Shown: positions 1 to 14,204 of the stretch, piece by piece
Layout of the letters: the number at the start of each line of letters is the position of its first letter
Numbering within the stretch: the first letter of the stretch is position 1
Assembly: GCF_009914755.1 (NCBI RefSeq)
Contig: NC_060933.1
Direction: 5' to 3' (one strand)
Origin: the human T2T-CHM13v2.0 reference genome, Homo sapiens
Length of the DNA stretch: 64,000 bases
Notes under the pieces: generated by a model
Database searches by the model: none
The model's input: only the letters and a program-made list of their open reading frames with translations
Told to the model about the DNA's origin: nothing
Position numbers and translations under genes: made by a program

Positions 1-1213
1 ATTATTCATGAACAAATTTACCCCTGTTATTCTATGAGCTTCTAGAATACAGAATCCTATCAAATTTATCTTTATATCTTCCTACAATGCCTTGCACAAA
101 ATAGGTGCTAAATAAATACCTTCAAGGAATGAAACAATGAATTCTTGTAGAGTCAGAATTCGTTCTGGATACAGTTTAATATCTAACATACTTGGATCAT
201 TTTGTTTTCTATTTTTCAGTTTTGTGAAGATGTTTAAAAATACTACTACTTCTCTAAAATCTTTTATTTTTCCAACTTTGGAATCTATTAATGAGATATA
301 GCATTTAACTCAGCAAGAAAGGACAGAAGCTTGGTACTGGTCTCATCTACTTGGACAAGGAAAGCTCTAAGAGAAGCTGGTTACAGAGGTTCAGCAGGAG
401 GGGACATTGAGCTGCACAAAGATTATAGTTTACCTGTAATCAAGGGCAGCTATTGTTAGCACAAGATTTAAAAACAAGTAGATAGAGAGTCAGATAATAC
501 TTGTGAGTCCACTACAGGTAGGCAGTGGTCAACTTGAAATTCTGTCCAAGAGTAGGAGGGTTCCAATCACCAGCAAGAATAGAGCTTAAGATTGAGTGGC
601 TATTCGACCCAGTGAGTCAGATTATTAGTTCAATAGAGTGAATTGGCTGCATGGGGGAAAATATGAAAGCCCAGTGATAATCACTAGATTTGAAATCACT
701 AGATACCAAGTCCCAGGTTATAATAGTTGGATGGATGGCTCAAGGTGTGTGCTTTCTTAGTGGTCAGTGCAGGGCTACCATTGTCTTAGAATAACTTAGT
801 TAGAAGGATGAAGATGATTGAGATGGCCTAAGTACTTCTCACATCATCAAGATTGATACAGCAGTACTCAACCATCTAGAAAGCCTTTTAAAGTAGCAAT
901 GGCTTTTGAAAATGGTGTAGTAGCTCCTATTGGATCAGCCCTCCAGTAGATAACATTTATAAACTCTGAACAAAATATAAAAACAACTATCTGGAGGAAT
1001 TGAAGAGTGACCAAGTAGGCAGAAATTGCATTGTAATCAGCCCTTGGAAGACCGTAAGAAGAGGATAGCACTGGGTGAGTTTCCACTTTTATAACAGGGC
1101 CTACTCAGTTCTTCAAAGAGGATGAAAACTGAGTAGAAATCTGCATTCTTACTTTTTGAAGAATCAAAGGACAGCATTTGGGGCAATGGCTGTAAGTCAG
1201 AAGAGATGTTTCA

Positions 1214-1562
<349 letters not shown>

Positions 1563-2399
1563 CTAACCTCTACATATAAACTGCCAAAATCTCTGACTAA
1601 CCCCTAACCTAAACATAGATGGGGAAAAATTCAGGCAGCCAAGCTAAGGCTAAAATAACTCATCAGCGATTTAGCTGCTGCCTGCCTATGCAGGAAAAAC
1701 ATAATTTAGAGTTTGGGTTCAGCCAAGGTATCTGCCTGCTAAAACAAAAAATGAATAGTCTTCAGCATAACATAACAGAATCCAGAATCTTTACAACACA
1801 TCATTTTCAGTGTCTAAGATATTCTCAAATATTGCTAGACATGAGGACAAACAGTAAACTGTGTTCCATACTCATGAGAAAAAGTAACAATGGAGAACAA
1901 CTATCTTTGTTGTTCCAGATTTTAATGAGCAGACAAGGAATTTAAAGCAGGTCTTTTAACTCTGCTTAAGGATGCAAAGAAAAATATGTTCGTAATGAAT
2001 AAACAGATAGGATGTCTTGCAGAAAAATAGAAACTCTATAAAAAGAACTAATGGAAATTCTAGAACTGAAAACTACAATATCTAAAGATTCACTAGAAGG
2101 GCTTATCAGCAGATTGGAGATGAAGAGTCAGTGAACTTAAAGATAGATCAATAGAAATTAACCAATCTTTAAAAAAAAAAAGAAGCGAATATACTAAGAA
2201 AAAAGTGAGTCTCAGTGATTTGTAGGACAATATTGAAAGACCAAACTGTTTGTAATTACAAAGATAGGAGAGAGAGAATGGGGCAGAAAAATAATTAAGA
2301 AAATGATGGCCAAAAATTGCCCAAACTTGGTGAAAGACATACATTTAAATATTCAAGAAACGTAATGAACTCCAATAAGATAAATACAAAGAAAATCTT

Positions 2400-2714
<315 letters not shown>

Positions 2715-2765
2715 TCAAATTGCTGAAAACCAAAGATGAAGAGAAACTCTTAAAAGCAGCCAAAG

Positions 2766-4773
2766 GGCTGAACTGAGCTGGTTGCCTTCTGTTACTGTGG
2801 GAGAACTCACTTCATCCCAACTTCTTCATACTTTCACTTCTGGAGCTCATATTCCTCTGACATCTTCCAGAAAAACAGTCTTAAAGCCTTAGCCTTTTTT
2901 ACAGTCCAGCTCTTAAATTTTTTCCTCCCCTTTTTCAATAATAACATGAGTGTGCATCCAGCTTGTCCCCAAAACCTGCCTTGCTCTGAAGCATCCAACT
3001 GTAAAGACTCTTTGCCAATGTCTGTGATTTGTGGGCCCAAAACAAACTATCCATCCTTGCATATATCTTCTGCTGAGATGCCTCACACAGAGTCTGGACA
3101 GCTCTAATTCTTTCACGAGTCCCAAAGGCAGACAACTCACTTCTGCAGAGAAGAGCACCGCAAAAAAGGAAGACAAAGTCCTGGTCAAGAAACAGATGAC
3201 CAGAACTGTGTTCTCTTCCACCCAGCTGTGTGTACTCAGTGATAGATTTCAGAGACAGAAATACCTCAGCCTCCAGCAGATGCAAGAACTTTACAGCATC
3301 CTGAATCTTAGCTACAAACAGGTTAAGACTTGGTTCCAGAACCAGAGAATAAAATATAAGAGGTGGCAGAAAAACAGCTGCCCAAAGAATAGCAATGGTG
3401 TGACTCCAAAGGCCTGAGCACCTACCTACCCCAGCCTCTATTCTTCCTGCCTCCAAGGATGCTTGGCGAACATGTCTGGGAACCTTTCAATGCAGAGCAA
3501 CCAGACCTGTAGCAGTTCGGCCTGGGGCAACCAGACCTGGAACATCCAGTCCTAGAACAGCCATTCCTGAACACTCAGACCTGGTGCACCCAATCCTGGA
3601 ACAATCAGGCCTGGAACAATCCCTTCTATAGCTGTGGAGAGGAATCTCTGCAAGTCCTGCATGCGGTTCCAGCAAATTCTTCTCTCAGTGACTTGGAGGC
3701 TGCCTTGGAAACTGCTGAAGAAAGCTACAATGGAATACAGCAGACCACTAGGTATTTTAGTACTCCACAAACCATAGATTTATTCCTAAACTATTCCAAG
3801 AACATGCAGCCTGAAGATATGTAAAGATGAGTGAAACTGATATTACTCAATTTCAGTCTGGGCACTGGCTGAATCCTTCCTCTCCCCTCCTGCCTCCCTC
3901 ATAGGATTTTACTTGTTTGGAAGCTACATGTTCTGCCTTCATATCTTTGTTTCCTTTATGCCTATCAAGTCGATTTTGTGGAGGGTGGGGTATGATTGGA
4001 GCCAAATCAGAGAGTTTTCTTTTTTTCCTATGGGATCTTTCTGGAGAAAAAAGGTTTTAATAACCTTGGCTGCTAAGGACAACATGATAGAAGCTGTCTC
4101 TGGCTATAGATAAGTAGATATAATACTAGTTTGAATATCTTTAGGATTTAGAACCTAGCGTCAAGAATAGGAAGTAAAAGTACAAATTGATGTGGTGAAG
4201 GTATAGTCCCATTTTCTGGGATTGGGGGTCTTTGCTTATTTTTATTTTTATTTATTTATTTAGAGACGGAGTCTCGCACTGCTGCCTGGGCTAGAGTGCA
4301 GTGGTGCGATCTCAGCTCACTGCAGCCTCCACCTTCCGGGTTGATGTGATTCTCCTGCCTCAGCCTCCCAAGTAGCTAGGATTACAGGCACATACCACCA
4401 CACCCAGCTATTTTGTTGTATTTTTAATAGACACTGGGTTTCACTATGTTGGCCAGACTGGTCTTGAACTCCTGACCTTGTGATCCGCCCGCCTCAGCCT
4501 CCCAAAGTGCTAGGATTACACCATGAGCCACCGTGCCTGGCCTTACTTACTGTTAAAAACCCAATTATTAAGGTGAAGGATTAAGCTGTAACATACTTCA
4601 CTGATTTCATCAGCCCCTTTGGCTCTGTGTTTTACTATAGCCCCTAATTGGTTGGTTATGCTAATATTTATAGACAGCGGTCTTGTATTTGCTACATCAC
4701 AATGACATCAGTACTAGTTTGCCTGGTTTAAGTACAAATGAATAAAACAACCATATCACCTTTAAAAAAAAAA
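2766..4773 (+). pseudogene. NANOGP5: Processed NANOG pseudogene (retrocopy with 5'UTR, disabled CDS 2946-3824, 3'UTR, poly(A))
   Basis: ATG at 2946 gives [22 protein letters not shown]...; homeodomain [12 protein letters not shown]...VKTWFQNQR in ORF 3031..3417; C-terminus ...MQPEDM* ends 3824; intronless; frameshift at 3096/3097, stops at 3105-3107 and 3415-3417; AATAAA 4741, poly(A) from 4764; TSD aaaagcagccaaag at 2752-2765 and 4774-4787. The P5 number rests on my recollection that NANOGP5 maps to 9q31 where INVS lies. Confidence 0.93.
4228..4542 (-). repeat. Alu inserted in the NANOG retrocopy 3'UTR
   Basis: Antisense dimer with (TTTA)n tail. Confidence 0.95.
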
Positions 4774-4800
4774 AAAAGCAGCCAAAGAAAAAGACATGAT

Positions 4801-7800
4801 GATGCCCTAACCAAGGGAAACCGTGAGGCACTGTGCCATGAGCAACGGTGCATTCCGGTCCAGATACTACGCTTTTCCCACAATCTTTGCAACCCACAGA
4901 TCAGGAGATTCCCTTGGGTGCCTACACCACCAGGGCCCTGGGTTTCAAGCAAAAAACCGGGCGGCCATTTGGGCAGACACCAAGCTACCTGTGGGAGTTT
5001 TTCTTCATACCCCAGTGGTGCCTGGGAATGTCAGCGAGAGAGCACCATTCTCTCCCCTGGAAAGGGGGCTGAAGTCAGGGAGCCAAGTGGTCTAGCTCAG
5101 CAGATCCCACTCCCACGGAGCCCAGCAAGCTAAGATCCACTGACTCGAAATTCTTGCTGCCATCACAGCAGTCTGAAGTCGACCTGGGACACTCTAGCTT
5201 GGTGGGGGGAGGGGCGTCCCCCATTACTGAGGCTTCAGTAGGCAGTTTTCCCCTCACAGTGTAAACAAAGCCACCAGGAAGCTCAAACTGGGTGGAGCTC
5301 ACCACAATTCAGCAAAGCTACTGCAGCCAGACTGCCTCTCTAGATTCCTCCTCTCTTGGCAGGGCATCTCTGAAAGAAAGGCAGAAGCCCCAGTCAGGGG
5401 CTTATAGATAAAACTCCCATCTGCCTGGGACAGAGCACCTGAGGGAAGGGGCAGCTGTGGATGCATCTTCAGCAGACTTAAATGTTCCTGCCTGCTGGCT
5501 CTGAAGAGAGCAGCAGATCTCCCAACACAGCGCTCGAGCTCTGCTAAGGGAAAGACTGCCTCTTCAAGTGGGTCCCTGATTCCGGTGCCTCCTGACTGGG
5601 AGACACCTCCCAGCAGGGGCCGACAGACACCTCATACAGGACAGCTCTGGCTTGCATCTGGCAGGTGCCCCTCTGGAACGAAGCTTCCAGAGGAAGGAAC
5701 AGGCAGCAATCTTTGCTGTTCTGCAGTCTTTGCTGCAGATACCTAGGCAAACAGGGTCTGGAGTGGACTTTCATCAAACTCCAGCAAACCTGTAGAATAG
5801 GGGCCTGACTATTAGAAGGAAAACTAACAAAAATAAAAGAATAACATCAACATCAACAAAAAGGATGTGCACACTGAAACCCCATCCAAAGGTCACCAAC
5901 ATAGAAGACCAAAGGTAGATAAATCCATGAAGATGAGGAAAAACCAATGCAAAAAGCCTGAAAATTCCAAAAACCAGAACACCTCTTCTTCTGCAAAGGA
6001 TCACAACTCCTCACCAGCAAGGGAACAAAACTGGACAGAGAATGAGTTTGATGAATTGACAGAAGTAGGCTTCAGAAGGTGGGCAATAATAAACTCCTCT
6101 GAGCTTTTTCTGTAAAGGAGCATGTTCTAACCCAATGCAAGAAAGCTAAGAACCTTGAAAAAAGGTTAGAGGAATTGCTAACTAGAATAACCAGTTTAGA
6201 GAAGAACATAAATAACCTGATGGAGCTAAAAAAACACAGCAGGAGAACTTTGTGAAGCACACGCAAGTATCAATAGCTGAATCAATCAAATCGAAGAAAG
6301 AATATCAGAGACTGAAGATCAACTTAATGAAATAAAGTGTGAAGACAAGATTAGAGAAAAAAAGAATGAAAAGGAATGCACAAAGACTCCAAGAAATATA
6401 GGACTATGTGAAAAGACCAAATCTATGTTTGATTGGTGTACCTGAAAGTGACGGGGAGAATGGAACCAAATTGGAAAACACTCTTCAGGATATTATCCGG
6501 GAGAACTTTCCCCACCTAGCAAGAGACCAACATTCAAATTCAGGAAATACTGAGAACACCACTAGGATACTCCTCAAGAAGAGGAACTCCAAGAAACATA
6601 ATCGTCAGATTCACCAAGAGTGAAATGAAGGGAAAAATGTTAAGGGCAGCCAGAGAGAAAGGTCAGGTTACCCACAAGGGAAGCCCATCAGACTAACGGT
6701 GGATCTCTCTACAGAAACCCTACAAGCCAGAAGAGAGTGAGGGTCAATATTCAACATTCTTGAAGAAAAGAATTTTCAACACAGAATTTCATATCCAGCC
6801 AAACTAAGCTTCATAAGCGAAGGAGAAATAAAATCCTTTACAGAGAAGCAAATGCAGAGAGATTTTGTCACCACCAGGCCTGGCTTACAAGAGTTCCTGA
6901 AGGAGGCACTAACTATGGAAAGGAAAAACTGGTTGCAGCCACTGCAAAAACATACCAAATTGTAAAGACCATCGACACTGTGAAGAAACTGCATCAACGA
7001 ATAGGCAAAATAACCAGGTAGCATCACAATGACAGGATCAAATTCACAGATAACGATATTAACCTTAAATGTAAATGGTCTAAATGCCCCAATTAAAAGA
7101 CACAGACTGGCAAATTGGATAAAGAGTCAAGACCCATTGGTGTGCTGTAATTCAGGAGACCCATCTCACGTGCAAAGACACACACAGGCTGAAAATAAAG
7201 GGATAGAGGAATATTTACCAAGCAAATGGAAAGCAAAAAAAAAAAGCAGGGGTTGCAATCCTAGTCTCTGATAAAACAGACTTTAAACCAACAAAGATCA
7301 AAAAAGACAAACAAGGGCATTACATAATGGTAAAGGAATCAATGCAACAAGAAGAGCTAAATATCCTAAATATATATGCACCCAATACAGAACCACCCAG
7401 ATTCATAAAGCAAGTTCTCAGAGACCTACAAAGAGACTTAGGCTCCCACACAATAATAATAGGAGACTTGAACACCCCACTGTCAATATTAGAAAGATCA
7501 ATGCAACAGAAAATTAACAAGAATATTCAGGACTTGAACTCAGCTCTGGACCAAGGAGACCTAATAAACATCTACAGAACTCTCCACCCCATATCAACAG
7601 AATATACATTCTTCTCAGTACCACATTGCACTTATTCTAAAATTGACCACATAATTGGAAGTAAAACACTCCTCAGCAAATGCAAAAGAATGGAAATCGT
7701 AACAGTCTCTCAGACCACAGTGCAATCAAATTGGAACTCAGGATTAAGAAACTCACTCAGAACCACACAACTACATGGAAACTGAACAACCTGCTCCTGA

Positions 7801-10800
7801 ATGACTACTGGGTAAATAATGAAATTAAGGTAGAAATAAATAAGTTCCTTGAAACCAATAAGAGCAAAGACACAACGTGCTAGAATCTCTGGGACACAGC
7901 TAAAGCAGTGTTTAGAGGGAAATTTATAGCACTAAATGCCCACAGGAGAAAGTGGGAAAGATCTAAAATCGACACCCTAACATCACAATTAAAAGAACTA
8001 GAGAAGCAAGAGCAAACAAATTCAGAAGACAAGAAATAACTAAGATCAGAGCAGAACTAAAGGAGATAGAGACACGAAAAACCCTTCAAAAAATCAAGAA
8101 TCCAGGAGCTGGTTTTTTTTAAAAGATTAACAACAGGTAGACCACCACCCAGACTAATAAAGAAGAAAAGAGAAAAGAATAAAATAGACACAATAAAAAA
8201 TGATAAAGGGGATATAACCACTGATCCCACAGAAATACAGACTACCATCAGAGAATACCAGAAACACCTCTACGCAAATAAACTAGAAAATCTAGAAGAA
8301 ATTGGTAAATTCCTGGACACATACACCCTCCTAAGACTAAACCAGGAAGAAGTCGAATCCCTGAATAGACCAATAACAAGTTCTGAAATTGAGGCAGTAA
8401 TTAATAGCCTAGCAACCTCCAAAAACCCAGGACCAGACAGATTCACAGTTGAATTCTACCAGAGGTACAGAAAGGAGCTGGTACCATTCCTTCTGAAACC
8501 ATTCCAATCAATAGAAAAAGAGGGACTCCTCCCTACCTCATTTTATGAGGCCAGCATCATCCTGACACCAAAACCTGGCAGAGACACAACAAAAAAAGAA
8601 AATTTCAGGCCAATATCCCTGATGAACATTGATGTGAAAATCCTCAATAAAATACTGGCTAACTGAATCCAGCAGCACATCAAAAAGCTTATCCACCATG
8701 ATCAAGTCAGCTTCACCCCTGGGATGCAAGGCTGGTTCAACATACACAAATCAATAAACATAATCCATCACATAAACAGAACCAATGACAAAACCACATG
8801 ATTATCTCAATAGATGCAGAAAAGGCCTTCAATAAAATTCAACACCCCTTCATGCTAAAAACTCTCAAAAAACTAGGTAATGATGGAATGTATCTCAAAA
8901 TAATAAGACCTACTTATGACAAACCCACAGCCAATGTCATACTGAATGGGCAAAAACTGGAAGCATTCCCTTTGAAAACTGGCACATGACAAGGATGCCC
9001 TCTCTCACCACTCCTGTATTGGAAGTTCTGGCCAGGGCAATCAGGCAAAAGAAAGAAATAAAGGGTATTCAAATAGGAAGAGAGGAAGCCAAATTGTTTC
9101 TGTTTGCAGATGACATGATTGTATATTTAGAAAATCCCATCATCTCAACCCAAAATCTCCTTAAGCTGATAAGCAACTTCAGCAAAGTCTCGGGATACAA
9201 AATCAATGTGCAAAACTCCCAAGCATTCCTATACACCAATAATAGACAAACAGCTAAATCATGAGTGAACTCCTCTTCACAATTGCTACAAAGAGAATAA
9301 AATACCTAGGAATACAACTATCAAGTGATGTGAAAGACCTCTTCAAGGAGAGCTATAAACCACTGCTCAAAGAAATAAGAGATGACACAAACAAATAGAA
9401 AAACATTCCATACTCATAGATAGGAAGAATCAATATGATGAAAATGGCCATACTGCCCAAAGCAATTTATAGATTCAGTGCTATCCCCATCAAGCTACCA
9501 TTGACTTTCTTCACAGAATTAGAAAAAACTACTTTAAATTTCGTATGGAACCAAAAAAGAGCCCATATAGCCAAGACAATCCTAAGCAAAAAGAACAAAG
9601 CTGGAGACATCATGCTACCTGACTTCGAACTACACTACAAGCCTACAGTAACCAAAACAGCATGATTCTGGTACCAAAACAGAGATATAGACCAATGGAA
9701 CAGAATAGAGGCCTCAGAAATAACCCAACACATCTACAACCATCTAATCTTTGACAAACCTGACAAAAACAAGCAATGGGGAAAGGATTCCCTATTTAAT
9801 AAATGGTGTTGGGAAAATGGCTAGCCATATGCAGAAAACTGAAACTGGACCCCTTCCTTACACCTTATACAAAAATTAACTCAAGATGGATTAAAGACTT
9901 AAACGTAAGACCTAAAACCATAAAAACGCTAGAAGAAAACCTAGACAATACCATTCAGGACAGAGGCATGGGCAAAGATTTCATGACTAAAACACCAAAA
10001 GCAATGGCAACAAAAGCCAAAATTGACAAGTGGGATCTAATTAAACTAAAGAGCTTTGGCACAGCAAAAGACACTATCAGCAGAGTGAACAGGCAACCTA
10101 TAAAATGGGAGGAAATGTTTGCAATCTATCCATCTGACAAAGGGCTAATATCCAGAATGTACAAGGAACTTAAACTTACAAGAAAAAAACAACCCCATCA
10201 AAAAGTGGGCGAAGTATATAAACAGACACGTCTCAAAAAACAGACACTGTCTTCAAAAGATGACATTATTGCGGCCAACAAACACATGAAAAAAAGCTCA
10301 TCATCACTAGTCATTAGAGAAATGCAAATTAAAACCACAACGAGATACCACCATCTCATGCCAGTTAGAATGGCGATCATTAAAAAGTCAGGAAACAACA
10401 GGTGCTGGAGAGGATGTGGAGAAATAGGAATGCTTTTACACTATTGGTGGAGTGTAAATTAGTTCAACCTTTGTGAAGACAGTGTGGCGATTCCTCAAGG
10501 ATCTAGAACCAGAAATACTATTTAACCCAGTAATCCCATTACTGGATATATGCCCAAAGGATTATAAATCATTCTACGATAAAGACACATGCACACATAT
10601 GTTTATTGCAGCACTATTCACAATAAGACTTGGAACCAACCCAAATGCCCATCAGTGATAGACTGGATAAAGAAAATGTGGCACATATACACCATGGAAT
10701 ACTATGCAGCCATAAAAAGGATGAGTTCATGTCCTTTCCAGGGACATGGATTAAACTGGAAACCATCATTCTCAGCAAACTAACACAGGAACAGAAAACC

Positions 10801-11049
10801 AAACACCGCATGTTCTCACTCATAAATGGGAGTTGAACAATGAGAACACATGGATACAGGGAGGGGAACATCACATACTGGGGCCTGCCGGGGGATGAGG
10901 GGTAAGAGGAGGCATAGCATTAGGAGAAATACCTAATGTAGATGACAGGTTGATGGGTGCAACAAACCACCATGGCACGTGTATACCTATGTAACCAACC
11001 TGCACGTTCTGCACATGTATCTCAAAATTTAAAGTATAATTAAAAAAAG
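4801..11049 (+). mobile_element. Near full-length LINE-1 (L1PA7-like), disabled ORF1/ORF2
   Basis: 5'UTR, ORF1 fragments (MKRPNLCLIGVPE..), ORF2 start MTGSNSQITILTLNVNGLNAPIKR at 7029, [13 protein letters not shown]-terminal fragments, 3'UTR and A tail; TSD aaaagacatgat 4789-4800 and 11050-11061. Confidence 0.95.
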
Positions 11050-11061
11050 AAAAGACATGAT

Positions 11062-11930
<869 letters not shown>

Positions 11931-13283
11931 TCTTAAAAATTGCTTGAGTTTCACTTCCCAAGATTCTAATTCAATTGGTCTGAGGTAGAAACCAGACAGT
12001 AATGCTTTTTAAAAGCTCCTCACCTGATTCTAATATGTTTAAAATGCCAGTGTTGGGAATGTTTCTAGCAGTGCTAAATCAAAGTTATTGGATGTAGTTG
12101 TATAAGAGAGAAGTATATGTTGCATGTAACAGAGAGTATATGTTGCTGGAAAACCATGCAGATCACCAGAGCACTGTTTTACCTCACTGAAAAGCATTAG
12201 TTCCTGTGAATCCATAGACCACTTGCTTCGTGTTGATGACAAAGTCCTCACCATTTTGTAAAAAAATGAAGAAAAGATCATTGTAGTATTTAACATATAT
12301 AGGTTTGTGTAGTATTTAACATATAGGTTTGTGCATGTCTGTGCACCTATAGTCTGTATGTAATAAGTCTGTCTTCCTGTTACTACAGTTCTTGAAAATA
12401 GTTGGGTGGCCTTTTGCTACATTGGGAAGACATATTTAGAATAATATGACTTCGTATATAGGCTACATGGTATACAAAAAAATGCATGTGGGGGAAAGTA
12501 AGGGGAGCACTCAAAGAGATCTTTCAGAGCATCTCAAGCAGAGATTCAATAAGAGGCCTATTTAAGAGGTCATTGGAAGGGAGATGCCATAATTCTTAAA
12601 GACATTGCATGCAGGAAAAAACAGTGATTTTGAATATTTGCCACAAATGGAAAATGACAGGAGTAGATACTCAAGTTACAATTAATTTGTGATCCTTTGC
12701 TATAAAGCTATTTCTTACCTGGGCAATTCTGTGTAATGCATGCCATAGATTTATTGATTGTCAGTTATTAATGATTTTCCTCAGGCACGAAAGATGTAAA
12801 TAGATGTTGGTGAAAAGCTACCAGCTGTCCTTTCAGGAAGGACAGTCCTTTATTTCCTTTTTGAGGGCTTACACTTTTTTATGAAATAATGTTGATAATA
12901 GATTTACTTTTTAAAATGAACTTAGATTGCAAAAATGTAAACTTTATACTGTCATCTTTATATTTGTTCCAATAATATTTTTTAATGATTATTATTATTG
13001 AGTTAAAATGTGCATACAAGAATGTACAGAAAAATATACAATTAGATATGTGTAATAAATGTACCTACTCACATCACCACCACCACAGTCAGGACATAAA
13101 ACATTTAGGCAACACCAGAAAGTTCCTTTTTTCCCCACTTTCAACCAGTCACCACCTCCATGGTTAACACCATTATGATTTTTAACACAAAAGATTAGTT
13201 TTACCTGTTCTTGAAGTTTTTATAAATAGAATTTTTTTTTTGCTGTCTACAAGAGAAACACTTCATTTTGTATATGCATAGAA

Positions 13284-13309
13284 ATATATATATATATATA
13301 TATATATAT
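13284..13309. repeat. (AT)13 microsatellite
   Basis: Direct reading. Confidence 0.95.
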
Positions 13310-13904
13310 TCATTTTAGTAGCTTTTATAGTGCAAGTGGTTTTTGGTTACATGGATGAATTGTGTAGTGGTGAAGTCTAAGATTTTAGTGCACCCATCAC
13401 CTGAATAGTGTATGTTGTACCCAATATGTAGCTTTTTATTCCTCTGCCCACTCTCACCCTTCCCCTTTCTGAGTCCCCAAAGTACGTTATATCACTCTGT
13501 ATGCCTTTGCATAACCATAGCTTAGCTTCCACTTATAAGTGAGAACATACAGTATTTGATGTTCCATTCCTGAGTTGCTTCACTTAGAATAATGGCCTCC
13601 TCCATCCAAGTTGCTACAAGGACATTATTTCTTCCTTTTTATGGCTGAGTAGTATGCCATTGTATATATGTTCCACATTTTCTTCATCTGCTCATCAGTT
13701 GATGGGCACTTAGGTTGATTCCATATCTTTGCAACTGTGAATTGTGCTGCAATATACATATGCATGCAGATGTCTTTTTAATGACTTACTTTCCTCGGGG
13801 TAAATACCCAGTAGTAGAATTGCTGGATCAAATGGGTCAAATGGTAGATCTACTTTTAGTTCCTTGAGAAATCTTCACGTTGTTTTCCATACAGGTTGTA
13901 CTAA

Positions 13905-14204
<300 letters not shown>

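Noticed and set aside
2935-3456. 173-aa minus-strand ORF
   Set aside because: Antisense shadow of the NANOG pseudogene coding sequence; no independent protein features
9803-10462. 219-aa ORF (longest in window) and other L1 ORFs
   Set aside because: Fragments of disrupted L1 ORF2; no intact ORF1 or ORF2, so not an active element
2766-11049. Single NANOG-L1 chimeric retrotranscript
   Set aside because: Each part has its own poly(A) and its own TSD, indicating two insertions
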